Part shown: positions 11,337-26,000 of the stretch, in pieces
Layout of the letters: each line of letters begins with the position of its first letter
Numbering within the stretch: position 1 is the first letter of the stretch
Origin: Eledone cirrhosa
Lineage: Eukaryota
Length of the DNA stretch: 64,000 bases
Direction of reading: 5' to 3'
NCBI GenBank assembly: GCA_964016885.1
Contig: OZ024741.1
Coordinates: 368,218,001-368,282,000, forward strand
Notes under the pieces: generated by a model
Told to the model about the DNA's origin: nothing
What the model saw: only the letters and a program-made list of their open reading frames with translations
Databases searched by the model: none
Program-made: the position numbers and the translations under genes

Positions 11337-14300
11337 GATCATCATCATCATCATCGTTTAACGTCTATCTTCCACGCTAGCATGGGTTTAGACGGGAATT
11401 GTCTCACTTGAGGCAAGATTGGTTGTCTTGCTCATGTAGGACTGTCTGGTAGAGGTTTTCTACGGCTGGATGCCCTTCCTAACACCAACCACGTTTACAG
11501 TGTGGACTGGGAGGTTTTTACTGTGTTACCTACATGGCCACATTACAGCGTGGACTGTGTGTTTTTTTGTCGTGACACCTACACGATCTCATTTATTTAG
11601 GACTGGATGTTGTGGTACCAACATAACTTTACATCGAGAGGGGTGGTGTAGATGGGGGTGGGGAAGTAGGGGCAGTGGGATGGGAGTGTATATTTGGTTA
11701 AGAGGTGCCTATTGACTGTAGGTTTCGCTTTGTACTTAGGCAAGGCAGGTCTTCTGTATTACTGCGTAGCACCAAAGATCTCGGTCCAGTGACATTGTCT
11801 TGGAGAGGTGTAAGTGTGTAAGGTCTGAATTTATCAAGTCGTCCCGGGTTTTTCTGGGTCTGCCTACTCCGTAGCTACCGTCTATTTTGATCGCCCTGCA
11901 CTTTTTTATACAGCTGTCGTCTTTCATGCGCATCACGTGACCATATCAACGTAGTCTTCTCTCGAGTAAACAGCATCTGATCCCTCTTATTCCTAATTTC
12001 TCACTTAGTTCATTTATGCTTGGCCGTTCACGTATATTACTATTACACATCCAACGGAGCATGCAAGCTTTGTTCCTCTCCAGTCTGCGCAGATCCTCTG
12101 CACACAATGCCTAGGTCTCACTGCCATGTAACATTGGTGTTTGTATGCAGCCATCATACAGCCTGCCTTTCATTTTTAGAGAGAAACCTTTAGCGGCCAA
12201 TAGTGGTATAAGCTCTCTGAACTTTTTCCATCCCGTTCTGACTCTAGCTACTGTACTTTCAGAGCACCCTCCACCACTGCTGATTTTGTTACCTAGGTAA
12301 CGGAATGTGGCCACTATTTCTATAGAACCATCTGGGCAATGGAATGAGCTAGTATCCTGTGGGCACTTGCTACTACTTATTGCACCAGAGCACCGTCACA
12401 TATAAAATCTATGTTCTTAGTTAGCTTACCTGTAATCCCACTACATCTTTTATGCACCCATACTATGCATTTGGGACATAAAATGGAGTTTCTGCCTACT
12501 CCTTTCCTACACACTGAGCATGGCCATTGCCTAGAAGGGACCGGTGCCCTGTTTTCCTGCCTACATACTAGAACTTTAGTCTTAGACAAGTTAATTTTAA
12601 GGCCTTTTGATTCTAGGCCATGCTTCCATGTTTGGAATTTCTTCTCTAGTTCAGTTATGACCGTTAGATCATCTGCGTATAGAAATTCCCATGGGCAGCC
12701 AGTCTTGAACTCCTCTGTTATAGCCTGAATGGCAATAATAAATATGAGTGGGCTAAGGATAGAGCCCTGATGAACACCAAGTTTTACACTAAACTCTTCA
12801 CTATATTCGATGTTAATTCTAACCTTGCTGACTGTTTCTTTATACATGGCTTGTATAGCTCTCACAAGCCATTCATCAACACCTGGTTTTCTGAGAGCCC
12901 ACCAGATAATGGGCCGTGGGACTCTGTCAAAGGCTTTTTCCAAGTCAACAAAAGCTAAGTATAGGGGTTTACTTTTAGCTAGGTACTTGTCGTACAAGGA
13001 AGAGAGCGTCTGTGATACTTTTACCTGACACAAACCCGAACTGCATTTCATCTAGATCAGTTCGCTCTCTGATTAGTTGAGCTATTACTTTTTCTGAGAC
13101 CTTCATGACCTGGTCAATTAATTTAATGCCTCTATAGTTTCCTCTATCTAGTGCATCTCCTTTACCATTGTAGCAGTTAATGACGATGCTGCTACACCAG
13201 TCTTTTGGTACGACCCCATTCTGTATGACTTGGTTTACTACCCGGGGGACCATAGTGTGTCCCACCGTTCCATATGCTTTCAGCATTTCAGCAACTATTT
13301 CCGAAGGCCCAGCCGCCTTCTTATCTTTGATGCCTTACTTATTATACTACCTTCAACTTGCACTGCTGGTCCCTCTATTGGATCGATGTGGGGAGACTGT
13401 CTTTCTCCTTCCGTAGTGACACTTCCAAGCTACCTTCTTATCAGCGTCAGTGATGGCAAGTACACCATCATCATTAAGGACACACTTCTCCCCGACAATA
13501 TCACGGTTTTCCTTGACACATTGCCTAGCAATCCTGAACACCTCACATTGTAGAACATGCTTAAACTTTCTTTCCTCTGCTTCCCTTCTTGCGAAGTACA
13601 CTTGTCTCCTAGCTTCCCTCCTGGGCACTTGATAGTCTTCTCTACTTCCCCCATACTTTCCAAGCCTGCTTTTTGGCCTTGATTGACTCCTCTACCTTAC
13701 TGTTCCACCACCAAGTTACTCTCCTGCCTATAGGTCTGCTCTAGCCACAGATTTCATCTGTCGCCTTCAGCAGGTTAGCTTTCAGGAATTCCCACTGTTC
13801 CTCTATATTGTATGCCTCTAATTGCTCTTCCTTACTGTCAAAAGCATCAAGTAATATGCTTTTAAATTTATTACTGGCTGTGGGGTCCTTTAACTTCCAT
13901 ATTTTTCTCCTGAGGATAATCCTCCTTTGTCGAGTACGTCTCGTCATGACTATGAGGTTATGTTGGGAGGTGTATTCTTCATGGGGGAGGGATTTACAAC
14001 AGACACTCTGTCATGTCTTCTGGTAAGGATATAATCTATCTGACTGGCGTGTTCCCCTGATCTATAGGTGATCAAGTGATTGTCTTGTTTTTGAAGTTTG
14101 TGTTACAGATAGTTAGGTTATTTGCGTCACAGAATTCCAGGATTCTGGAGCCTTCCTCATTTCTAGTACCAAACCCATAGCCTCCATGGATTCCGTCATA
14201 ATGTTGTCCAACGTGACCATTTAGGTCACCAGCAATAATTATGTAGTCAGTCGGTTATTTGTGAGGTAGTGAGCATTAACAACTCATAGAATCTGTCTTT

Positions 14301-15490
14301 TATAACGCCAGGCAGTCCGGATTGGGGTGCATACAGATATTGTCACACTAGTTCTATTTCGGACGTCTTATTTTAATTATTCTGCCGTTCACTCTATTTA
14401 CGTCTGTTATCTTATCTACCCATTTTTCTGCTAGCATGATTCCTACTCCACCCAGCCCATTGTTATTTCCCACCCAGAAAAGCTTATAGCATCGTTTTTT
14501 ACCCACAATGAATCTAGCAGACCCACCCCTCCACCTGGTCTCTTGAATACAGCAAACATCAACTTCCTTATGTTCAAGCATCTCTACAACCTCGTTAGAG
14601 CGATCGTTTAAGGTGCCTACATTCATGGTACCAACTCTGAAGTTTTGGATTGCGTTTGGTGGGTGGGACGGATGGGGCGCAGGGAGGGGTGAGGGAGATG
14701 GGGTTATGTTAGCCATCCGCAGCCGAAATAAAGAGGAGTCCTTGCACTCTCGTCCGGCAGCATGAGGTGAATTTTTCTTTATCTTTGGCATTGTCATTGA
14801 GTGTCCGGATTTTTCAGACTCTCCAGAATTCTGTAGTCCATCCATCATATCAAAAGGCAACCAGGTCTAAACTTAAGAAGTGATATCATAGGCTACTGAA
14901 TTATGATTGGTCCAAATAATGGTGGCGAGTGGCGGCGGGATCTGGGGTAGTTAGCGAGGTTATTTTATAAACTAAAATCCTAGAATTTCAGCCATAATTA
15001 AACGAGCATATAACAGTAATAAGAGTAAGAGTTTAAATACAAGTAGAAGATAGTTTTCGTGGGTCTGACAGAATTATGGGATTTTAAAATACAAGAAGAT
15101 TATTTTGAACAATCAGACAGAATTATCGAATAGCATTGAAAAAGAAAAGGTTGGATTCTGGACGATATGATGCAGATAGATGAATGGACCGGGGAACATG
15201 GGGAGACGAGAAAAAATAGGATTTGTACATTACATTTCACAGAAGAGTGAGCGAGCGATGTAGCCAAGAATAAGGGATTGACAAATTCTGAGTTTCGTAG
15301 CTCACAACATGTTTATTTTATATTTGGAGAGAGAACCTGCAGGCGCGTATACGATATATATAGGGGGGGGGGGGTAGTGAAGAATAGGAGGAAGCAGGAA
15401 GGTTATTTTATAAAATCCTAGAATTTCGGCCATAATTAAACGAGCATATAACAGCAATAAGAGTAAGAGTTTAAATACAAGTAGAAGATC
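11337..15490 (-). mobile_element. Near-full-length but frameshifted RTE-clade LINE (copy A): APE endonuclease + RT + PHD-like finger, (GAT)n tail
   Basis: APE motifs TMNVGTL...CCIQETRW; RT motifs [28 protein letters not shown]; (ATC)n tail near 11340. The 5' boundary is approximate. Confidence 0.92.
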
Positions 15491-18181
15491 CAGTCCATAA
15501 ACTGTTGTCTAAATATAACCTTCTCGCTATTAGAATCGTTTCTTTCAATTTGGAAAGGATATGCATAATCCAGTGAGTTCTGCCATCTCAGTTGAATCAT
15601 TTGTGCCTATACTAACATCAAATGGAATATGATCTTAATGTCAGAATCATCAATTTGAACAATAGATGGCAAAAAGAAAAAAAAAAAAAAAATCTTTAAC
15701 CCTTTTATTACCATATTTCTAATGAAATATTTACGAAAATAATTGCTAATTTAGAGGGATTAAGTAATATAGCTTTCTCATTAAGTTGATGTTTGGAACA
15801 ATTTAACATAAAGTGATGAAAATTTTAGATAAATATTAACACGTTAAAATAAACTTTTCCGATGGGAAAATGATCAATTGAATTGAGTGCTACTTTATTT
15901 TAGGATGGAAGGAAAACTTGAGCACAGTGGGATTTGAAATTAGAAGTAGAGCCATAAATACTGTTAAGAATTTTGTCAGATGCTCTGATAATTCACTGCC
16001 TTTATAATAATAATAATAATTTTTTCTAACTTAAACCCTTTTTTAACCATATTTCTAATAAAAGATACTTCTTATGGTTTTCAAATATTTTATAAAGTAA
16101 TCAAGAATTTGGAGGGATTTAATAAAATTACTCTTTCTCATTATTAAGTTGATGTTTGGAACATAAATATTTTAATGTAAAATAATTGTTTCTACTTTTG
16201 GCACAAGGCCAGCAATTACCCAGTGCATTAATGTAAAATAATGATGGGAAGCTTTTAGATAAACAATTTAGTATACTAGAACCAGAAACAGTTTCAGGTT
16301 TACTCTTTCCTTACCATATTTCTAATGAAAGATACTGCCTCTAATTTTCAAATCAATCTGAAAATAATCAAAAATTTGGAGGGCTTTAGTAATATACCTT
16401 ACCTTTCTCATTATTAAGCCTTTTGCAATCACATTTTTAATGTTACATCAATTAATTAAGATTTTTATTTAAATAGGTGGTTTTGTTTTATAGAACCAAA
16501 CCCAGTTTGGGTTAGGTTGGTACCAAAAGATGCTGGTGTTTGGAGCATAAAATTACGTTGGAATGTTTTTAGACCTTTAAAACAAGCATTTTTGCATCAT
16601 AGAACCAGGTACTGTTTGATATCAAAAGGGTTAAAGAAATGAGAAATAAATCTCCAGTTGTATAAAATGTGTTCTATAAATGAACTGACACACGCATTGA
16701 AGTATTCACACAATATACCACCTAGAACAAAACTAAGCTTGCATGGCATCAATTTGGTTACATATACATACCTTATATATTCATTCTTTTTACCACTATA
16801 ACTTTTCACTATAGGATACAGTTCAAAAATATATATAAGTGCAGGCATAGTTGTGTGCTTCATACCCACATAAGATTGATACAATAAGAAGTAAGACTTG
16901 AGAAAAGTAGGTACTAGGGTCGATAAAATCAACTATAAGTTTTCAAGGTAGTGAACAAGCGTGGCTGCAGTCTAATGACTGAAACTAGTAAAAGAATAAA
17001 CAAAGTATAACAATTAGCACATACACACACGGGCAACCTAGCTGCAGTCATTCAGTTTGAGGATATTTCCCCAACCCTCTCACTAGTTTGCAGGCCCCTG
17101 AAAAAAGGTCATTGTTCTTCCTTTAGATTTAGCAATTAAAAAAATAAAATAAAAATTAGGAATACTTTTAAAATCTATTTTCAGTATTGATGTATTTAAG
17201 GCTGGGGTAGTTAAGGAGTTCACTTCACAACCATGTGGTTTGGGGTTCAGTCCAGTATATATTTCTACTAATGCCTTGTGAGTGGAATTTGGTATATGGA
17301 AACTGTGTGGGAAAGCCTGTCATCATCATTTAACGTCTGCTTTCCCTGCTAGCAAGGGCTAGATGGGTTGACATAGACAAAGTCAGTACTGAAGTTAGGC
17401 TACTGACCATCCTGATGGTCATATCGAGTGTCTTAGAATTTAGCAGCCCGACAAAGAAATCAATACATTACTAGGGAGAGGGGATTGATATGATTGACTA
17501 AATCCATTCAAGGCGATGCAACAGCATGATCAGTCAAATAACTGAAACCAGTAAATAAAAACAAAATAGATGAATAGAAAAAAAAAACACTCAAAATATT
17601 AAGACAGAAAAATATCAAACTAAACTGTTTCATTTCAAAATTGTGTGGCACAATATAAGTTTATTTACAAGAATAATTGGGAGAGAAAAAAAAGATACAT
17701 CTTTGCAACAAAACTAAATATGGTGAAGAATATAATATATAATGTAGTTGAATTGTGGGGTTTGGGTTGGAGTAAAATTATGATGAAATATTTTTGTTTT
17801 TTCTCAACCAGCTTCACAGATATAACTTAAGACATTAACAACTTTTATATTATATAGTCCAATGAATATTCTTACTGATACTTGCCTTGTGGTGATTAAA
17901 ATGAACAGCTTCATTACTGTCCAAAAACTTAATCATTTGGTCTAAGAATAATGAAGAGTGATTAATCTTAATTATTAATGAAAAAACCCACTAAATCCCA
18001 AACTTCCAACATTTGCTGTCAGGAATATATTTTCTAAGCATAAATGGCCAAAACTAATAATTTCTTTCATTTCTTAAGTAAGACAACTTCAAAATGGAAA
18101 CATTTGTCAGTGTTAGCTAGCAAATGCTTGTGCATCTGTGCACAAGTCAATGCATTTGTGTGTGAACTATGTATATCTAAG

Positions 18182-18229
<48 letters not shown>

Positions 18230-20789
18230 CAAAGCTACTCAATAAGAATTTTTTTTCTAGTTTTCAATTGGATATTTTATTAAATGAAATCAAAAGCATA
18301 TTGGTCCTTTTAACAATGCATGATACATGAGGCAGCTTTTTAAACACAGCATTTGACCAGGTTTGGAAAAAGAAAAGAAAATAATTTATTTAAACATAGA
18401 ATTAAAATTATTCATTATTTTTACTAAAATTGTAAACTATTTACCAATTTACAACAGGAAAGTTAGAACAAAAAAGTTCAATATCAGATTTCAAAGCAAA
18501 ACCGTTTCAATAGTAATTTTTCTCAACTGATGAATCAGAAATGTTTTAAGCTTTATCAGTAAAAAAGGTCATTTCAATCAAATTGCAATTAAATTTTACT
18601 AATTTGAAATTGCTAATTACTTCTTTATAGTATATATTTGCTTATATCTAAGAAAAAAATTAAATGAAATTTACAGCTCACACCCATATAGTTTTAGCTG
18701 GCCTCCTATGAGGTTGCATCTCATAGGAGGCTTCTTGGGTGGTTTAATGATAGGGTCCCCAGCCCTATCGTGAAAAGCAAAAGTGAAATGAAGTGCCTTG
18801 CTCAAGAACACAACACACTGCCCAGTATAGGAATCAAACCCATGATCTTATGATCGTGAGCCCAACACAATAACTACTAGGCTACATGCCTTCACATATT
18901 CATGGTTTTAAATTTCTAAATTTTGCTTTTAATAAGAACTTTGGAACATCACAATGAAAAAGAAACAACTGGAGATGGGTATATAAAAATGGAAATTGTT
19001 TTGTTTTGCTTTTTTTCCTTCCTCAAAGACAAAAGAAAGTAGAGAAAAATTATAACATGATTAGAAAATGTTGTAATCTTTTGTTTTGTTTGGATATTTG
19101 TTTATTTTTCCTTTGATTCAAAAGAAAAATTGGTAATTCCCCCTCAGTATATTTTTGGTATATTTTGTAGATTTTATTAGAAAAAATAAGAAAAGAAAAC
19201 AAGATTAGTATTTTTTATTCTTTTTATACTTTTGGTGGTTTTCTTACAAAAAATGCTTTTTTAAGATGGTTGTAATGAGGTTTGAGAAATGGTTTGAGTC
19301 AGAAGTGGGAGAGAAAATGCATAGAAGTGTTGATGATGATAGGAGGCATATATGGTGAAGAGAGAGGTGAAATGGTGGAAGCAATTGAAACACTTGCAAA
19401 AATACATGCTAGTGAAATTAATTCTAAATGCCGTCATTGTGTGAGATTGTGTTTGTTTTGTTATTTGCCATTTTTTACCATTGTAAGAGAAATGATAAAT
19501 AAATTAAAAATGAATGATTTTAAAGATGAAGAAAAAACATGACATTATAAAACCCTTCAGAAAACAGAATGTTACAAGGCCAAGATTTATTGAGAAATGG
19601 AAAGAACTAATGATTTAAGAATTTCTTTTCTTTTCTTTCTTTTTAGAAGACATTTTTGGGAGTAATTTTTTCAGTTTTAGCTAGTTACATTATTCATTTT
19701 GCCTTATAAAAAGATGTCTCCTCATGGAATAGGTGTTTTTTTGATAACCCACCCTCCACTACTTTCAAATAAGAGAATCTTCTTGTGTAAGCAATAGCAA
19801 AAAGGAAAAAGAAGAAAAAATGAAATACCAAAAATAAGAAAATGTAGAAACTAAACAGCAAAATTTAATTTCTAATGAAAGGAAGAAATATCTGCATAAC
19901 TTTCTTAATTTAGCAATAATGATAAAAATTTGTTTAACTCATCAGCATTTGGAAGTTTTTATTTTCCATATAACATTACCCATGTGCAACACTCACCCTC
20001 TAAGCTCAGCAGCTGCAATTATGGTGCCACACACATCAAAATGTTGCAGCTCAGTAGCTTTGAATTTAAAGTATATCAGCTCAAGCTCAGTGGTTGGGAA
20101 AAAGAGAGAATGTTGCCCATTAAGGTATCATATATCTATATAATATATCACTACCCATGTCATATACTATATACCATATTTTATTACCCATATACCATTA
20201 CTCACGTCATATACAATATACCATTATTCATGTCATCCACCATATACCATATTTTATTACTCATATGTCATTTATCATTCCTCAACTACTCTAATTTTCT
20301 TCCTCATATATAAGTTTCAGTCAGGGATAAGTGTTTTTTTTAAAAAACATACTCCAAAGTTATGCATATTTAGATTGAATCAACTAAGCTGTAACTGAAC
20401 ATGCATATGAATAGCCTCCCTAAAGAGTACATCATGGTAATGTCTTTAAAACAATTTAATATTTTTCTTTTTAACTAAATTTCTATGGTCCAGTTTAATG
20501 GCCAAAGTATACAAATGTCACTGAACAGTCAGTTAAAAAAAAAATAATGTGTACACTGTGATAAGTACTAGAAGTTTTGTAATCCAAAACTAATATGTTG
20601 ATGGTAGAACAAAAAGATGTGATTGCATTAAATACAGAAGACTTACAAAGAAAATACAGTGAAATGAGAAAAATAAAAGAGATGTGAGGAGGGGTTTGCT
20701 TGGAATAGCAGCCAATGCCATTATATCAGACAATGAGACCAGATTCCACAGAAATTATCACAAGAGCCAAAGACCAAATTTTTCTCAGG

Positions 20790-20936
20790 TTAGTCTTGCA
20801 TTTCTTCAGGAATTTCATGCGGACCAATAAGACCAGGAACTGCCATCTGAAATTTCCGTTTTTCCTCTTGAGCTTGCCGGATAGAAGCTTCTCGTTCCTC
20901 CAAAAATAAATCACTGTTATCTTCACCAGCAAATTC
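20790..20936 (-). CDS. XPO1: XPO1 coding exon 25 (EFAGED...EEMQD*)
   Basis: Translation; TAA stop at 20790-20792. Confidence 0.96.
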   Translation of the reverse strand, partial: EFAGEDNSDLFLEEREASIRQAQEEKRKFQMAVPGLIGPHEIPEEMQD

Positions 20937-22971
20937 CTATCGTGTAAAAAATAAATAAATAAAAAAGCTCATAAAACAGATTCCTTAATCACTGCACACA
21001 CTCATGTATAGTTAAGTTATATCTCCATTTTACATACATTTACAATGCAGGAAACTGTCCATCGATCCCATACTATTTTAAACAAATTTTGTAAGTCTAG
21101 TAGATAAATTGCATGCTGTTTTTTCACATCATAGGGATGAAATTATCTATTATTTCGTATTTATTTAAAGTAATTTATGGAGAATTATTTTTAATAGCTA
21201 ATATTAAGACAATAAGATGTTTTATGGTATTTTACATCACTAAACATATATTTAAAATGACTGATTTGAATTACATCTGATGAAGTTTAGATGTAGGTTT
21301 ACTGATGTTAGAAATATGGCAAAATTAAAAAACTTAAACAAGGTTAAAAAACAAACAAAATTTGCAATGGCCAGCTAAATATATAATTCAACTTACACGT
21401 ATTTGCACTAAGAAATCTCTCAAATGTTCTTTAAAAGCTGGAATATCCTGATTGAAACTGAACAATCCGTCAATGAAAACTTTGATTTGGGGTCTGAAAG
21501 TGAATGTTAAATATATTATAAACATAACATGTACAGATACTACGTTTACTGAATACATTAAAATGTTACTTAAGAATTTAACTATCTCAAATAATGTACT
21601 GATATCTCAAGAACCATGTGGTTGTGAAACATACAGCCATGCCTTCACCTACAATTTAACAATCATTTACTAAGTATATACTAGTATAAATGTAACAGTG
21701 TCTCAAAAATTATTCAATGAAATAGTCCATGCAAACATTTTCAGTGCCACTGTTGGTTTGGTCACACACTTATACTAGAGGATCTCCCAGGATGGTGTAA
21801 ATGGCCAGTCAGACAATTCAAAATGTGGACTAGCATGATCAAGTTAGATCAAGGACTAATATCTGTGATTATTGTACACGGGTGGCCTCTATTCACAATG
21901 ATGTGGTTGCACTAATTGGAATCAGCTCAAACTCATCTTGGGTTGGAGTAGAAGTGTATTTTCCAACAGTTCAAAATTAACTAACTCTTTCAACTACTAG
22001 AATATATTAAGACACAAGGAAAGAAATCAACAATATACATATTTGTAAAATTCTATCAAACTGTTATTCCTACATAGCAAGAAAGACTATTTTCAATTTT
22101 AAGAAAGAAACTGTTTAGAATGAAATAATTCAACATGACAGCACATGAGAAAAAGTTATAACAACTTTTTGAGATATAAATATGTAATTTGCAATTATTT
22201 TTTACTTACTCATTTAAATGAGGGAAAGCTGCCTTTAATAGATTCAGCAAAAACTGTTGAATGTAAGTAATATTTTGTGTATTTTGTATATTAGGCCCCA
22301 ATGTAACTGTGACTTTATTTGCTTCAAGCAAGCTAAACATATAAGCAAGAATAGTTGCATGCATTGTTAATCCTACAAAAAAAGAAAGACAGAAAGAAAA
22401 GAAAATATTAATAAATGGCCAATAAAAAAAGTGTAGATATACCAAATAAATCAATCTCATCTATTAATCAAACTACAAAGAATTTCAACTATGTAAAACG
22501 TTTTTGATTTAGACATATATATATAATAATTCAAATGAAACTTACCAGCAGTATGTGAACTATCTGTTACAACTGAAAATATATGCTGTAAGATGTCTGT
22601 AAAATAAGTTTGGTAGAAACTTTGTGCTGCATTTTCATGTTGTGCTACAGTTTGCAACAATGTATAAAGTATATCAAGACCAATATCAGCTACATTTCTC
22701 ATTGTATGTTTGAAAGCCCAGATGATTGAATCCAACACAAGTTTGAATTGAGCTGGAGGAATATCCAATAGAGCTGCAGAAAAAAAAAATGAAGATACAT
22801 AAAATCTCAATTTCAAACAAAACCCCCAAAACAAGTGTTTTAAGAGGTTAGGCTTGCAGCCCCTATGACATTTCATTTGCATCATAGGGTCTTTTTCACA
22901 GCCAGATGCCCTTCTTGGCATAAACGCTTTTAGACACATTCATTGCAAAAAATAACACTTCTCATTGAATG

Positions 22972-23005
<34 letters not shown>

Positions 23006-26000
23006 AATTATTGTGTAAAGTGCTCAGGTGCACTACAACTCGTCAATATAGTACATAGAATAATACACAAATGCCAGGGAAGTACATGTTTGTATGTGTT
23101 AGCTGTAGTGTTGGCGGATCTCGGGAAGCATGGAGGCCTTAAAGGATGCAGCGTCTCGACAGCTAACAACTGATGCAGGTAGTTTGTTCCATGCTTCAGC
23201 AACTCTGAGCGTGAAATGCAAGGCAACAGTCAATAAACAGATGCCAGTTGATGTATATTAGACAACAGCTTAAGCCTTTCAATGCCAAATTGTCCCAGTT
23301 TGTTTTAAAGCATTTATATTTATCTAAAAACCTTCCATCATAATTTTAGGTAAACATTTTTGTAGGTTATGCTTCAAATGTCAGCTCAATAATGAATTAG
23401 TTATATTACTAAATCCTGCCAATTTTTTTTTCAAGATTATTTGAAATTCATATGCAGTGTCTTTCATTAGAAATATGGTACCAAATGGGTTAATAATATT
23501 TCATTGAAAAAAATTATTTTTCTAAACCCTACAAAAATCCTTATTTTGAGAATTTACCACAACACACAGGTAGTCTATTGTCATTAGAAATATGATTACA
23601 GAAAGATTTAAAAAAAAAGTGAAGAGGCTTTATTTGATCTGTAATAATTAATGACCATTTCACTCAATCAAATATTCATTATCTAGAGCTTTCTATGTAA
23701 TAATGCCTCCTTGATTTTATAGAAACTATTTATTCTTCATTACCTTTAAGTTAAAAATGAAAAACTTTCTCAAGTACTGTACCTTGGAAACAGTGGAAAT
23801 TTACTGCTTGTAATAATAAGAAAAAGTTGGTTCTGTGCTCTGGAAATTCCTCAAAATCCTAAAAGAAAATCAGATGAGAGAAATTAATAAATGATTTCTT
23901 GCATTAACAGATGACCACTATTTTATTCCTATACAAGTAGAACTTGAAAAAGTTGGAAAGGACTTGGCTGAAGAACAACTTTGTCCTCTGTTCAAGCTTG
24001 TCTCCCCACTACTTTTTTTTGCCATAACAGACAGACCAAACCCACAGATTTATCTAACACATAACAACAGCTGTTTGACATAACTTCACAAGTCAGAAAT
24101 GTTTGAACATTAATCAAGCACACTGTCATTCTCTATGCATCTTGGTCACACTCAACTGAAAACAGTTCTGTGTTTGTACAATTTATCTCAAACTTTCAAT
24201 ACTAGGCTGGACATTTTGGGGGTTGCCCATAATCACTAAATTTGTCCAGAAGACAATATTTTGTTGGTCTTCAACAATCTTGACAGTATCCCTTAGAAAG
24301 TCATATATGTCCACCACTAATAATATATTATATAGAATGCAAGGTTGACATTCCATAGCTTGACTTGGGGACTTCAGCTCTCAATCAAAGAGACAAACTA
24401 CAAAAAAATGTGCTTTACAAAAGATGGTCATTCCAGGTCAGGTCTTGCTCATACAGATCCATTCGGTGCTTGTTTTTTTTTTAAAGCCTGGATGCCTTGC
24501 TTAACACCAGCCACATTACAGAATGTACTAGGAGCTCAACTCATCGCACCATCACTACCACTTTACAGGACGGACTGGGTGCTTTTCATTGTGGTACGAG
24601 CACAATCACCTTACAGGATGGACTGGGTGCTTTTTTGCCATGGTACCAACATAACCATCTTACAGGGTGGACTGGGTGCTTTTTTCCCACCTTGTAAGGC
24701 GGTCATGTAAATAAATTTCATAATTCAAGAATACAAACCTTGTTAATCATATCTAGGGTACATTCGAACACAGCATCAAATATCTGAGGAATTTCTTCTG
24801 TTATATGTTTCTACAAAAAAATAGTTTGATGTTTTAGTAGAGAAGAGTTAACAACGAATGAACTAAGAACATATACATATGCACATATATAACTGCGAGT
24901 CCTGTAATTTCAGAAAACAAGCTGAAACTACAATGCTTGCAGTTTGGATTTTACCTCTCCAATACACTCACTCTACATCACAAATATTCAGTACTACCCT
25001 GATCTGTGGTTTTCCTTCTCTTTGCACTAGACACTCCATATATATACACGCACACACATACATATATACATACACACCATCCTCATTTAGAGTCCTTTTT
25101 CAAATGCTGACATGGGTTGGACAGGACGTCACAGACCAAACAATTGCTTTAGAGCTATTCACATGATAGGTCAGGGGCCCTGCATCTTGCTTATATACAA
25201 TCTAGCATCTTACAGAGTGTAATGGGTGCATTTTACTGTAGTAAGGTTGTCACAGCCTTGACACAACTAAAGAGTTCTCCCAACTTTAGTGAGGGAACAA
25301 CAAAGAATGTGGAGACGAAATTTATCTGAAGAACAATTACAAACAAAAAATAAATCAAAACATCTGCATGCCTTACAAGAAAGGGCAGATGTAATAAGTA
25401 TGCAATGAAGATTGTGTGAGGGCCAGAGACACCAAAATAAAAATGAGGAAACACAATTAAGGAAGGAAAACTCAGAGCACAGGAGACAGAAATACTGAAA
25501 AGAAACTGAGGAAGAAATATATCTAACGTATTATAATAAATGCTGTTATGCAAATAAACATCTGCATTCAAATATAAACAGTTTCTTATCATTTAACTTC
25601 ACTTTCAACCCATTTGACTAAAACTGATTGAAACTGCCCTACAATACAAAAACCTTTATGTTGTGATGCAAACACCAGCTTAATGAGAAAGTTAATCATT
25701 TTACTAAATTCATTCAAAGTTTGAATTTTTGAAACACATAAGCAGCCTGATTCATTAGAAATATGATAACCATTGATGACACTGACACACTAGTATTAAA
25801 TAATAATTGTTTCTACTTTGGGCACAAGGCCAGCAATTATCCCAGTGCAATACCGGTACTTTATTTTATCGATACCAAAAGGATGAAAGGCAAAGTTAAC
25901 CTCAGTGGGATTTGAACGCAGAACACAAAGAGCCAGTATTAAACAATAATTGTTTCTACTTTTTGGCACAAGGCCAGCAATTACCTAGTGCATTACTGGT

